Below are positions 11,401 through 25,597 of a DNA stretch of 64,000 nt, one piece after another. A model generated the notes under the pieces. The model ran no database searches. It had not been told where the DNA came from and saw only the letters and a list, made by a program, of their open reading frames with translations. Made by a program: the position numbers and the translations under genes. The DNA lies in contig NC_082727.1 of assembly GCF_030144855.1 (NCBI RefSeq), positions 9,858,001-9,922,000 on the forward strand, written 5' to 3'. This DNA is from Hypanus sabinus (lineage: Eukaryota). Within the stretch, counting starts at the first letter, position 1; each line of letters opens with the position of its first letter.

Positions 11401-14400
11401 TGCTCTCTCCGATAGAGGACCTGAGTGCTCTCTCTCCGATACAGGACCTGACTGCTCTCTCTCCGATACAGGACCTGACTGCTCTCTCTCCGATAGAAGA
11501 CCTGACTGCTCTCTCTCTCCGATACAGGACCTGACTGCTCTTTCCGATAGAGGACCTGACTGCTCTCTCTCCGATACAGGACCTGACTGCTCTCTCTCCG
11601 ATACAGGACCTGACTGCTCACTCTCTCCGATAGAGGACCTGACTGCTCTCTCCGATAGAGGACCTGACTGCTCTCTCCGATAGAGGACCTGACTGCTCTC
11701 TCTCCGATACAGGACCTGACTGCTCCCTCTCCGATAGAGGACCTGACAGCTCTCTCTCCGATAGAGGACCTGACTGCTCTCTCTCCGATACAGGACCTGA
11801 CTGCTCTCTCTCCGATAGAGGACCTGACTGCTCTCTCTCTCTCCGATACAGGACCTGACTGCTCTCTCTCCGATACAGGACCTGACTGCTCTCTCTCCGA
11901 TACAGGACCTGACTACTCTCTCTCCGATACAGGACCTGACTGCTCTCTCTCTCCGATACAGGACCTGACTGCTCTCTCTCTCCGATACAGGACCTGACTG
12001 CTCTCTCTCTCCGACAGAGGACCTGACTGCTCTATCTCTCCGACAGAGTACCTGACTGCTCTCTCTCTCCGATAGAGGAACTGACTGCACTCTCTCTCCG
12101 ATAGAGGACCTGACTGCTCTCTCTCCGACAGACCTGACTACTCTCTCTGATACACGAACAGACTGCTCCCTCTCTGATACAGGACGTGACTGCTCTCTCA
12201 CCGATACAGGACCTGACTGCTCTCTCTCTCCGACAGAGGACCTGACTGCTCTCTCTCTCCGATAGAGGACCTGACTGCTCTCACTCCGATAGAGGACCTG
12301 ACTGCTCTCTCCGATAGAGGACCTGACTGCTCTCTCTCTCCGACACAGGACTTGACTGCTCTCTCTCTCCGACAGAGGACCTGACTGCTCTCTCTCTCCA
12401 ATAGAGGACCTGACTGCTCTCACTCCGATAGAGGACCTGACTGCACTCTCCGACAGAGGACCTTACTGCTCTCTCCGATAGAGGACCTGACTGCTCTCTC
12501 TCTCCGACAGAGGACCTCACTGCTCTCTCCAATACAGGACCTGACTGCTCTCTCCGATAGAGGACCTGAGTGCTCTCTCTCCGATAGAGGACCTCACTGC
12601 TCTCTCCAATACAGGACCTGACTGCTCTCTCCGATAGAGGACCTGAGTGCTCTCTCTCCGATACAGAACCTGACTGCTCTCTCTCCGATACAGGACCTGA
12701 CTGCTCTCTCTCCGATACAGGACCTGACTGCTCTCTCTCTCCGATAGAGGACCTGACTGCTCTCTCTCTCCGATAGAGGACCTGACTGCTCACTCCGATT
12801 GAGGAACTGACTGCTCTCTCTCTCCGATACAGGACCTCACTGCTCCCTCTCCAATACAGGACCTGACAGCTCTCTCTCCGATAGAGGACCTGACTGCTCT
12901 CTCCGATAGAGGACCTGAGTGCCCTCTCTCCGATACAGGACCTGACTGCTCTCTCTCCGATACAGGACCTGACTGCTCTCTCTCTCCGATACAGGACCTG
13001 ACTGCTCTCTCTCCGATAGAGGACCTGACTGCTCTCTTTCTCCGATGGAGGACCTGACTGCTCTCGCTCTCTCCGATACAGGACATGACTGCTCTCTCTG
13101 TCCGATACAGGACCTGACTGCTCTCTCTCCGATACAGGACCTGACTGCTCTCTCTCTCTCCGATAAAGGACCTGACTGCTCTCTCTCCGATACAGGACCT
13201 GACTGCTCTCTCTCCGATACAGGACCTGACTGCTCTCTCCGACTGAGGACCTGCCTGCTCTCTCTCGCCGATAGAGGACCTGACTGCTCCCTCTCTGATA
13301 CAGTACGTGACTGCTCTCTCTCCGATACAGGACCTGACTGCTCTCTCTCTCCGACAGAGGACCTGAATGCTCTCTCTCTCCGATAGAGGACCTGACTGCT
13401 CTCTCTCCGACAGAGGACCTGACTGCTCTCTCACCAACTGAGGACATGGACTGCTCTCTCTCTCCGATACAGAACCTGACTGTTCTCTCTCTCTGATAGA
13501 GGACCTGACTGCTCGCTCTCTCCGACGGAGGACCTGACTGCTCTCTCTCTCCGATAGAGGACCTGACTGCTCTCTCCGATACAGGACCTGACTGCTCTCT
13601 CTCTCCGACAGAGGACCTGACTGCTCTCTCTCTCCGATAGAGGACCTGACTGCTCTCTCTCCGATAGAGGACCTGACTGCACTCTCCGATAGAGGACCTG
13701 ACTGCTCTCTCCGATAGAGGACCTGACTGCTCTCTCTCTCCGACAGAGGACCTGACTGCTCTCTCTCTCCGATAGAGGACCTGACTGCTCTCTCTCTCCG
13801 ATGGAGGACCTGACTGCTCTCTCTCCGATAGAGGACCTGACTGCTGTCTCCGATAGAGGACATGACTTCTCTCTCTCTCCGATAGAGGACCTGACTGCTC
13901 TCTCTCCGATACAGGACCTGACTGCTCTCTCTCTCCGATAGAGAACCTGACTGCTCTCTATCCGATAGAGGACCTCACTGCTCTCTCCGATACAGGACCT
14001 GACTGCTCTCTCCGATAGAGGACCTGAGTGCTCTCTCTCCGATACAGGACCTGACTGCTCTCTCTCCGATACAGGACCTGACTGCTCTCTCTCCGATAGA
14101 AGACCTGACTGCTCTCTCTCTCCGATACAGGACCTGACTGCTCTTTCCGATAGAGGACCNNNNNNNNNNNNNNNNNNNNNNNNNNNNNNNNNNNNNNNNN
14201 NNNNNNNNNNNNNNNNNNNNNNNNNNNNNNNNNNNNNNNNNNNNNNNNNNNNNNNNNNNNNNNNNNNNNNNNNNNNNNNNNNNNNNNNNNNNNNNNNNNN
14301 NNNNNNNNNNNNNNNNNNNNNNNNNNNNNNNNNNNNNNNNNNNNNNNNNNNNNNNNNNNACAGGACCTGACTGCTCCCTCTCCGATAGAGGACCTGACAG

Positions 14401-15447
14401 CTCTCTCTCCGATAGAGGACCTGACTGCTCTCTCTCCGATACAGGACCTGACTGCTCTCTCTCCGATAGAGGACCTGACTGCTCTCTCTCTCTCCGATAC
14501 AGGACCTGACTGCTCTCTCTCCGATACAGGACCTGACTGCTCTCTCTCCGATACAGGACCTGACTACTCTCTCTCCGATACAGGACCTGACTGCTCTCTC
14601 TCTCCGATACAGGACCTGACTGCTCTCTCTCTCCGATACAGGACCTGACTGCTCTCTCTCTCCGACAGAGGACCTGACTGCTCTATCTCTCCGACAGAGT
14701 ACCTGACTGCTCTCTCTCTCCGATAGAGGAACTGACTGCACTCTCTCTCCGATAGAGGACCTGACTGCTCTCTCTCCGACAGACCTGACTACTCTCTCTG
14801 ATACACGAACAGACTGCTCCCTCTCTGATACAGGACGTGACTGCTCTCTCACCGATACAGGACCTGACTGCTCTCTCTCTTCGACAGAGGACCTGACTGC
14901 TCTCTCTCTCCGATAGAGGACCTGACTGCTCTCACTCCGATAGAGGACCTGACTGCTCTCTCCGATACAGGACCTGACTGCTCTCTCTCCGATACAGGAC
15001 CTGACTGCTCTCTCTCCGATACAGGACCTGACTGCTGTCTCTGATAGAGGACATGACTTCTCTCTCTCTCCGATAGAGGACATGACTTCCCTCTCTCTCT
15101 GACAGAGGACCTGACTGCTCTCTCTCTCCGATAGAGAACCTGACTGCTCTCTATCCGATAAGAGGACCTGACTGCTCTCTCCGATACAGGACCTGACTGC
15201 TCTCTCTCTCCGATAGAGAACCTGACTGCTCTCTATCCGATAGTGGACCTCACTGCTCTCTCCGATACAGGACCTGACTGCTCTCTCCGATAGAGGACCT
15301 GAGTGCTCTCTCTCAGATACAGGACCTGACTGCTCTCTCTCCGATACAGGACCTGACTGCTCTCTCTCCGATAGAAGACCTGACTGCTCTCTCTCTCCGA
15401 TACAGGACCTGACTGCTCTCTCCGATAGAGGACCTGACTGCTCTCTC
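8436..15447 (+). repeat. HOR copy 2 (7012 bp including the gap; lacks about 1.47 kb of copy 1)
   Basis: The offset to copy 1 is 8435-8438 before the gap and 8486 just after it. It falls to 7012 by about 15000 (ORF 8221/15233), where the variant string jumps from the ~6440 equivalent to the ~7950 equivalent. Confidence 0.88.
14160..14359. other. Assembly gap, exactly 200 N
   Basis: N run from 14160 to 14359. The round length suggests a fixed-size scaffolding placeholder rather than a measured gap. Confidence 0.98.
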
Positions 15448-18400
15448 TCCGATACAGGACCTGACTGCTCTCTCTCCGATACAGGACCTGACTGCTCACT
15501 CTCTCCGATAGAGGACCTGACTGCTCTCTCCGATAGAGGACCTGACTGCTCTCTCCGATAGAGGACCTGACTGCTCTCTCTCTCCGATGGAGGACCTGAC
15601 TGCTCTCTCTCTCTCCGATACAGGACATGACAACTCTCTCTCCGATACAGGACCTGACTGCTCTCTCTCTCCGATAGAGGACCTGACTGCTCTCTCTCAG
15701 ATAGAGGACCTGACTGCTCTCTCTCTCCGATGGATGACCTGACTGCTCTCTCTCTCTCCGATACAGGACATGACTGCTCTCTCTGTCCGATACAGGACCT
15801 GACTGCTCTCTCTCCGATACAGGACCTGACTGCTCACTCTCCGATACAGGACCTGACTGCTCTCTCTCTCTCCGATACAGGACCTGACTGCTCTCTCTCC
15901 GATACAGGACCTGACTGCTCTCTCTCCGATACAGGACCTGACTGCTCTCTCTCTCCGATGGAGGACCTGACTGCTCTCTCTCTCTCCGATAGAGGACCTG
16001 ACTGCTCTCTCCGATGCAGGAACTGACTGCTCTCTCTCCGATACAGGACCTGACTGCTCCCTCTCCGATACAGGACCTGACAGCTCTCTCTCCGATAGAG
16101 GACCTGACTGCTCTCTCTCTCCGATGGAGGACCTGACTGCTCTCTCTCTCTCCGATACAGGACCTGACTGCTCTCTCTCCGATACAGGACATGACTACTC
16201 TCTCTCCGATACAGGACCTGACTGCTCTCTCTCTCCGATAGAGGACCTGACTGCTCTCTCTCAGATAGAGGACCTGACTGCTCTCTCTCTCCGATGGAGG
16301 ACCTGACTGCTCTCTCTCTCTCCGATACAGGACATGACTGCTCTCTCTGTCCGATACAGGACCTGACTGCTCTCTCTCCGATACAGGACCTGACTGCTCA
16401 CTCTCCGATACAGGACCTGACTGCTCTCTCTCTCTCCGATACAGGACCTGACTGCTCTCTCTCCGATACAGGACCTGACTGCTCTCTCTCCGATACAGGA
16501 CCTGACTGCTCTCTCTCCCATAGAGGACCTGACTGCTCTCTCTCCGATACAGGACCTGACTGCTCTTCCGACTGAGGACCTGACTGCTCTCTCTCCGATA
16601 CAGGACCTGACTGCTCTTCCGACTGAGGACCTGACTGCTCTCTCTCCGATACAGGACCTGACGGCTCTCTCTCTCCGATACAGGACTTGACTGCTCTCTC
16701 TCCGACAGAGGACCCGACTACTCTCTCACCAACTGAGGACCTGACTGCTCTCTCTCGCCGATACAGGACCTGACTGCTCTCTCTCTCCGATAGAGGACCT
16801 GACTGCTCTCTCTGATACAGGACCTGACTGCTCTCTCTCCGATACAGGACCTGACTGCTCTCTCTCCGATTCAGGACCTGACTGCTCTCTCTCTCCGATA
16901 CAGGACCTGACTGCTCTCTCTCTCCGATAGAGGACCTGACTGCTCTCTCTCCGATACAGGACCTGACTGCTCTCTCTCCGATACAGGACCTGACTGCTCT
17001 CTCTCCGATACAGGACCTGACTACTCTCTCTCACCGATACAGGACCTGACTGCTCTCTCCGACTGAGGACCTGACTGCTCTCTCTCTCTCTCCGATACAG
17101 GACCTGACGGCTCTGTCTCTCCGATACAGGACTTGACTGCTCTCTCTCCGACAGAGGACCTGACTGCTCTCTCACCAACTGAGGACCTGACTGCTCTCTC
17201 TCTCCGATACAGGACCTGACTGCTCTCTCTCTCCGATACAGGACCTGACTGCTCTCTCTCTCCGAAAGAGGACCTGACTGCTCTCTCTCTCCGACAGAGG
17301 ACCTGACTGCTCTCTCTCTCTCCGATAGAGGAACTGACGGCACTCTCTCTCCGATAGAGGACCTGACTGCTCTCTCTCCGACAGACCTGACTACTCTCTC
17401 TGATACAGGAACAGACTGCTCTCTCTCCGATACAGGACCTGACTGCTCTCTCTCTCCGACAGAGGAACTGACTGCTCTCTCTCTCCAATAGAGGACCTCA
17501 CTGCTCTCTCTCCGATAGAGGACCTGACTGCTCTCTCTCCGATAGAGGACCTGACTGCTCTCTCCGATAGAGGACCTGCGTGCCCTCTCTCCGATACAGG
17601 ACCTGACTGCTCTCTCTCCGATACAGGACTTGACTGCTCTCTCTCCGATTCAGGACCTGACTGCTCTCTCTCTCCGATACAGGACCTGACTGCTCTCTCT
17701 CTCCGATAGAGGACCTGACTGCTCTCTCTCCGATACAGGACCTGACTGCTCTTTCTCCGATACAGGACCTGACTGCTCTCTCTCTCCGAAAGAGGACCTG
17801 ACTGCTCTCTCTCTGATAGAGGACCTGTCTGCTCTCTCTCTCCGATACAGGACCTGACTGCTCTCTCTCTCCGATACAGAACCTGACTGTTCTCTCTCTC
17901 TGATAGAGGACCTGACTGCTCGCTCTCTCCGACGGAGGACCTGACTGCTCTCTCTCTCCGATAGAGGACCTGACTGCTCTCTCCGATACAGGACCTGACT
18001 GCTCTCTCTCTCCGACAGAGGACCTGACTGCTCTCTCTCTCCGATAGAGGACCTGACTGCTCTCTCTCCGATAGAGGACCTGACTGCACTCTCCGATAGA
18101 GGACCTGACTGCTCTCTCCGATAGAGGACCTGACTGCTCTCTCTCTCCGACAGAGGACCTGACTGCTCTCTCTCTCCGATAGAGGACCTGACTGCTCTCT
18201 CTCTCCGATGGAGGACCTGACTGCTCTCTCTCCGATAGAGGACCTGACTGCTGTCTCCGATAGAGGACATGACTTCTCTCTCTCTCCGATAGAGGACCTG
18301 ACTGCTCTCTCTCCGATACAGGACCTGACTGCTCTCTCTCTCCGATAGAGAACCTGACTGCTCTCTATCCGATAGAGGACCTCACTGCTCTCTCCGATAC

Positions 18401-21400
18401 AGGACCTGACTGCTCTCTCCGATAGAGGACCTGAGTGCTCTCTCTCCGATACAGGACCTGACTGCTCTCTCTCCGATACAGGACCTGACTGCTCTCTCTC
18501 CGATAGAAGACCTGACTGCTCTCTCTCTCCGATACAGGACCTGACTGCTCTTTCCGATAGAGGACCTGACTGCTCTCTCTCCGATACAGGACCTGACTGC
18601 TCTCTCTCCGATACAGGACCTGACTGCTCACTCTCTCCGATAGAGGACCTGACTGCTCTCTCCGATAGAGGACCTGACTGCTCTCTCCGATAGAGGACCT
18701 GACTGCTCTCTCTCCGATACAGGACCTGACTGCTCCCTCTCCGATAGAGGACCTGACAGCTCTCTCTCCGATAGAGGACCTGACTGCTCTCTCTCCGATA
18801 CAGGACCTGACTGCTCTCTCTCCGATAGAGGACCTGACTGCTCTCTCTCTCTCCGATACAGGACCTGACTGCTCTCTCTCCGATACAGGACCTGACTGCT
18901 CTCTCTCCGATACAGGACCTGACTACTCTCTCTCCGATACAGGACCTGACTGCTCTCTCTCTCCGATACAGGACCTGACTGCTCTCTCTCTCCGATACAG
19001 GACCTGACTGCTCTCTCTCTCCGACAGAGGACCTGACTGCTCTATCTCTCCGACAGAGTACCTGACTGCTCTCTCTCTCCGATAGAGGAACTGACTGCAC
19101 TCTCTCTCCGATAGAGGACCTGACTGCTCTCTCTCCGACAGACCTGACTACTCTCTCTGATACACGAACAGACTGCTCCCTCTCTGATACAGGACGTGAC
19201 TGCTCTCTCACCGATACAGGACCTGACTGCTCTCTCTCTCCGACAGAGGACCTGACTGCTCTCTCTCTCCGATAGAGGACCTGACTGCTCTCACTCCGAT
19301 AGAGGACCTGACTGCTCTCTCCGATAGAGGACCTGACTGCTCTCTCTCTCCGACACAGGACTTGACTGCTCTCTCTCTCCGACAGAGGACCTGACTGCTC
19401 TCTCTCTCCAATAGAGGACCTGACTGCTCTCACTCCGATAGAGGACCTGACTGCACTCTCCGACAGAGGACCTTACTGCTCTCTCCGATAGAGGACCTGA
19501 CTGCTCTCTCTCTCCGACAGAGGACCTCACTGCTCTCTCCAATACAGGACCTGACTGCTCTCTCCGATAGAGGACCTGAGTGCTCTCTCTCCGATAGAGG
19601 ACCTCACTGCTCTCTCCGATAGAGGACCTCACTGCTCTCTCCAATACAGGACCTGACTGCTCTCTCCGATAGAGGACCTGAGTGCTCTCTCTCCGATAGA
19701 GGACCTCACTGCTCTCTCCAATACAGGACCTGACTGCTCTCTCCGATAGAGGACCTGAGTGCTCTCTCTCCGATACAGAACCTGACTGCTCTCTCTCCGA
19801 TACAGGACCTGACTGCTCTCTCTCCGATACAGGACCTGACTGCTCTCTCTCTCCGATAGAGGACCTGACTGCTCTCTCTCTCCGATAGAGGACCTGACTG
19901 CTCACTCCGATTGAGGAACTGACTGCTCTCTCTCTCCGATACAGGACCTCACTGCTCCCTCTCCCCGATACAGGACCTGACAGCTCTCTCTCCGATAGAG
20001 GACCTGACTGCTCTCTCCGATAGAGGACCTGAGTGCCCTCTCTCCGATACAGGACCTGACTGCTCTCTCTCCGATACAGGACCTGACTGCTCTCTCTCTC
20101 CGATACAGGACCTGACTGCTCTCTCTCCGATAGAGGACCTGACTGCTCTCTTTCTCCGATGGAGGACCTGACTGCTCTCGCTCTCTCCGATACAGGACAT
20201 GACTGCTCTCTCTGTCCGATACAGGACCTGACTGCTCTCTCTCCGATACAGGACCTGACTGCTCTCTCTCTCTCCGATAAAGGACCTGACTGCTCTCTCT
20301 CCGATACAGGACCTGACTGCTCTCTCTCCGATACAGGACCTGACTGCTCTCTCCGACTGAGGACCTGCCTGCTCTCTCTCGCCGATAGAGGACCTGACTG
20401 CTCCCTCTCTGATACAGTACGTGACTGCTCTCTCTCCGATACAGGACCTGACTGCTCTCTCTCTCCGACAGAGGACCTGAATGCTCTCTCTCTCCGATAG
20501 AGGACCTGACTGCTCTCTCTCCGACAGAGGACCTGACTGCTCTCTCACCAACTGAGGACCTGACTGCTCTCTCTCTCCGATACAGAACCTGACTGTTCTC
20601 TCTCTCTGATAGAGGACCTGACTGCTCGCTCTCTCCGACGGAGGACCTGACTGCTCTCTCTCTCCGATAGAGGACCTGACTGCTCTCTCCGATACAGGAC
20701 CTGACTGCTCTCTCTCTCCGACAGAGGACCTGACTGCTCTCTCTCTCCGATAGAGGACCTGACTGCTCTCTCTCCGATAGAGGACCTGACTGCACTCTCC
20801 GATAGAGGACCTGACTGCTCTCTCCGATAGAGGACCTGACTGCTCTCTCTCTCCGACAGAGGACCTGACTGCTCTCTCTCTCCGATAGAGGACCTGACTG
20901 CTCTCTCTCTCCGATGGAGGACCTGACTGCTCTCTCTCCGATAGAGGACCTGACTGCTGTCTCCGATAGAGGACATGACTTCTCTCTCTCTCCGATAGAG
21001 GACCTGACTGCTCTCTCTCCGATACAGGACCTGACTGCTCTCTCTCTCCGATAGAGAACCTGACTGCTCTCTATCCGATAGAGGACCTCACTGCTCTCTC
21101 CGATACAGGACCTGACTGCTCTCTCCGATAGAGGACCTGAGTGCTCTCTCTCCGATACAGGACCTGACTGCTCTCTCTCCGATACAGGACCTGACTGCTC
21201 TCTCTCCGATAGAAGACCTGACTGCTCTCTCTCTCCGATACAGGACCTGACTGCTCTTTCCGATAGAGGACCTGACTGCTCTCTCTCCGATACAGGACCT
21301 GACTGCTCTCTCTCCGATACAGGACCTGACTGCTCACTCTCTCCGATAGAGGACCTGACTGCTCTCTCCGATAGAGGACCTGACTGCTCTCTCCGATAGA

Positions 21401-21995
21401 GGACCTGACTGCTCTCTCTCCGATACAGGACCTGACTGCTCCCTCTCCGATAGAGGACCTGACAGCTCTCTCTCCGATAGAGGACCTGACTGCTCTCTCT
21501 CCGATACAGGACCTGACTGCTCTCTCTCCGATAGAGGACCTGACTGCTCTCTCTCTCTCCGATACAGGACCTGACTGCTCTCTCTCCGATACAGGACCTG
21601 ACTGCTCTCTCTCCGATACAGGACCTGACTACTCTCTCTCCGATACAGGACCTGACTGCTCTCTCTCTCCGATACAGGACCTGACTGCTCTCTCTCTCCG
21701 ATACAGGACCTGACTGCTCTCTCTCTCCGACAGAGGACCTGACTGCTCTATCTCTCCGACAGAGTACCTGACTGCTCTCTCTCTCCGATAGAGGAACTGA
21801 CTGCACTCTCTCTCCGATAGAGGACCTGACTGCTCTCTCTCCGACAGACCTGACTACTCTCTCTGATACACGAACAGACTGCTCCCTCTCTGATACAGGA
21901 CGTGACTGCTCTCTCACCGATACAGGACCTGACTGCTCTCTCTCTTCGACAGAGGACCTGACTGCTCTCTCTCTCCGATAGAGGACCTGACTGCT
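15448..21995 (+). repeat. HOR copy 3 (partial)
   Basis: ORF offsets to copy 2 are 7010-7012 (8718/15730, 10381/17391), then 7114 (13045/20159) after a local insertion of about 102 bp. Confidence 0.9.
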
Positions 21996-24900
21996 CTCAC
22001 TCCGATAGAGGACCTGACTGCTCTCTCCGATAGAGGACCTGACTGCTCTCTCTCTCCGACACAGGACTTGACTGCTCTCTCTCTCCGACAGAGGACCTGA
22101 CTGCTCTCTCTCTCCAATAGAGGACCTGACTGCTCTCACTCCGATAGAGGACCTGACTGCACTCTCCGACAGAGGACCTGACTGCTCTCTCCGATAGAGG
22201 ACCTGACTGCTCTCTCTCTCCGACAGAGGACCTCACTGCTCTCTCCAATACAGGACCTGACTGCTCTCTCCGATAGAGGACCTGAGTGCTCTCTCTCCGA
22301 TAGAGGACCTCACTGCTCTCTCCAATACAGGACCTGACTGCTCTCTCCGATAGAGGACCTGAGTGCTCTCTCTCCGATACAGAACCTGACTGCTCTCTCT
22401 CCGATACAGGACCTGACTGCTCTCTCTCCGATACAGGACCTGACTGCTCTCTCTCTCCGATAGAGGACCTGACTGCTCTCTCTCTCCGATAGAGGACCTG
22501 ACTGCTCTCTCCGATTGAGGAACTGACTGCTCTCTCTCTCCGATACAGGACCTCACTGCTCCCTCTCCAATACAGGACCTGACAGCTCTCTCTCCGATAG
22601 AGGACCTGACTGCTCTCTCCGATAGAGGACCTGAGTGCCCTCTCTCCGACACAGGACCTGACTGCTCTCTCTCCGATACAGGACCTGACTGCTCTCTCTC
22701 TCCGATACAGGACCTGACTGCTCTCTCTCCGATAGAGGACCTGACTGCTCTCTCTCTCCGATGGAGGACATGACTGCTCTCTCTGTCCGATACAGGACCT
22801 GACTGCTCTCTCTCCGATACAGGACCTGACTGCTCTCTCTCTCTCCGATACAGGACCTGACTGCTCTCTCTCCGATACAGGACCTGACTGCTCTCTCTCC
22901 GATACAGGACCTGACTGCTCTCTCCGACTGAGGACCTGCCTGCTCTCTCTCGCCGATAGAGGACCTGACTGCTCCCTCTCTGATACAGTACGTGACTGCT
23001 CTCTCTCCGATACAGGACCTGACTGCTCTCTCTCTCCGACAGAGGACCTGAATGCTCTCTCTCTCCGATAGAGGACCTGACTGCTCTCTCTCCGACAGAG
23101 GACCTGACTGCTCTCTCACCAACTGAGGACCTGACTGCTCTCTCTCTCCGATACAGGACCTGACTGCTCTCTCTCTCCCATACAGGACCTGACTGCTCTC
23201 TGTCTCCGACAGAGGACCTCACTGCTCTCTCGCTCCGACAGAGGACCTGACTGCTCTCTCTCTCTCCGATAGAGGAACTGACTGCACTCTCTCTCCGATA
23301 GAGGACCTGACTGCTCTCTCTCCGACAGACCTGACTACTCTCTCTGATACAGGAACAGACTGCTCTCTCTCCGATACAGGACCTGACTGCTCTCTCTCTC
23401 CAATAGAGGACCTGACTGCTCTCTCTCCGATAGAGGACCTGACTGCTCTCTCTCCGATAGAGGACCTGAGTGCCCTCTCTCCGATACAGGACCTGACTGC
23501 TCTCTCTCCGATACAGGACCTGACTGCTCTCTCTCTCCGATAGAGGACCTGACTGCTCTCTCTCAGATAGAGGACCTGACTGCTCTCTCTCTCCGATGGA
23601 GGACCTGACTGCTCTCTCTCTCTCCGATACAGGACATGACTGCTCTCTCTCCGATACAGGACCTGACTGCTCACTCTCCGATACAGGACCTGACTGCTCT
23701 CTCTCTCTCCGATAGAGGACCTGACTGCTCTCTCTCCGATACAGGACCTGACTGCTCTCTCTCCGATACAGGACCTGACTGCTCTCTCTCTGATAGAGGA
23801 CCTGTCTGCTCTCTCTCTCCGATACAGGACCTGACTGCTCTCTCTCCGATAAAGGACCTGACTGCTCTCTCTCTCCGATACAGAACCTGACTGTTCTCTC
23901 TCTCCGATAGAGGACCTGACTGCTCGCTCTCTCCGACAGAGGACCTGACTGCTCTCTCTCTCCGATAGAGGACCTGACTGCTCTCTCTCCGATAGAGGAC
24001 CTGACTGCTCTCTCCGATAGTGGACCTGACTGCTCTCTCCGATAGAGGACCTGACTGCTCTCTCTCTCCGACAGAGGACCTGACTGCTCTCTCTCTCCGA
24101 TAGAGGACCTGACTGCTCTCTCCGATTGAGGACCTGACTGCTCTCTCTCTCTGATAGAGAACCTGACTGCTCTCTCTCCGATAGAGGACCTCACTGCTCT
24201 CTCCAATACAGGACCTGTCTGCTCTCTCCGATAGAGGACCTGAGTGCTCTGTCTCCGATACAGGACCGGACTGCACTCTCTCCGATACAGGACCTGACCG
24301 CTCTCTCGCTCCGATACAGGACCTGACTGCTCTCTCTCTCCGATAGAGGACCTGACTGCTCTCTCTCTCCGATAGAGGACCTGACTGCTCTCTCCGATTG
24401 AGGAACTGACTGCTCTCTCTCCGATACAGGACCTGACTGCTCTCACTCCGATACAGGACCTGACTGCTCTCTCTCCGATACAGGACCGGACTGCTCCCTC
24501 TCCGATAGAGGACCTGAGTGCTCTCTCTCCGTTAGAGGACCTGACTCTCTCCGATACAGGACCTGACTGCTCTCTCTCTCCGATGGAGGACCTCACTGCT
24601 CTCTCTCTCCGATACAGGACCTGACTGCTCTCTCCGATACAGGACCTGACTGCTCTCTCTCCGATACAGGACCTGACTGCTCTCTCTCCGATAGAGGACC
24701 TGACTGCTCTCTCTCCGATACAAGACAAGACTGCTCTCTCTCCGATACAGGACCTGACTGCTCTCTCTCCGATAGAGGACCTGACTGCTCTCTCCGATAG
24801 AGGACATGACTTCTCTCTCTCTCCGATAGAGAACCTGACTGCTCTATCTCTCTCCGATAGTGGACCTCACTGCTCTCTCCGATACATGACCTGACTGCTC

Positions 24901-25597
24901 TCTCCGATAGAGGACCTGAGTGCTCTCTCTCCAATTCAGGACCTGACTGCTCTCTCTCTCCGATAGAGAACCTGACTGCTCTCTATCCGATAGAGGACCT
25001 CACTGCTCTCTCCGATACATGACCTGACTGCTCTCTCTCCGATACAGGACCTGACTGCTCTCTCTCCGATACAGGACCTGACTGCTCTCTCTCCGATAGA
25101 GGACTGACTGCACTCTCTCTCCAATGGAGGACCAGACTGCTCTCTCTCTCTCCGATACAGGACCTGACTGCTCTCTCTGTCCGATACAGGACCTGACTGC
25201 TCTCTCTCCGATACAGGACCTGACTGCTCTCTCTCTCTCCGATACAGGACCTGACTGCTCTCTCTCTCCGATACAGGACCTGACTGCTCTCTCTCCGATA
25301 CAGGACCTGACTGCTCTCTCTCGCCGATAGAGGACCTGACTGCTCTCTCTCCGACACAGGACCTGACTGCTCTCTCTCCCATACAGGACCTGACTGCTCT
25401 CTCTCTCCGATAGAGGACCTGACTGCTCTCTCTCTCCGATAGAGGACCTGACTGCTCTCTCCGATTGAGGAACTGACTGCTCTCTCTCCGATACAGGACC
25501 TGACTGCTCTCTCCGATAGAGGACCTGACTGCTCTCTCTCTCCGACAGAGGACCTGACTGCTCTCTCTCTCCGATAGAGGACCTGACTGCTCTCTCT

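Larger units (their letters stand above)
1..14159 (+). repeat. Tandem satellite/minisatellite array, monomer CCGATA(C/G)AGGACCTGACTG(CT)3-7, left of gap
   Basis: Seen directly: 2-28 is ccgatacaggacctgactgctctctct (27 bp) and the next unit starts at 29. The pattern continues to the N run with only substitutions, (CT)n length changes and rare indels. The array runs off the left edge of the window. Confidence 0.99.
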
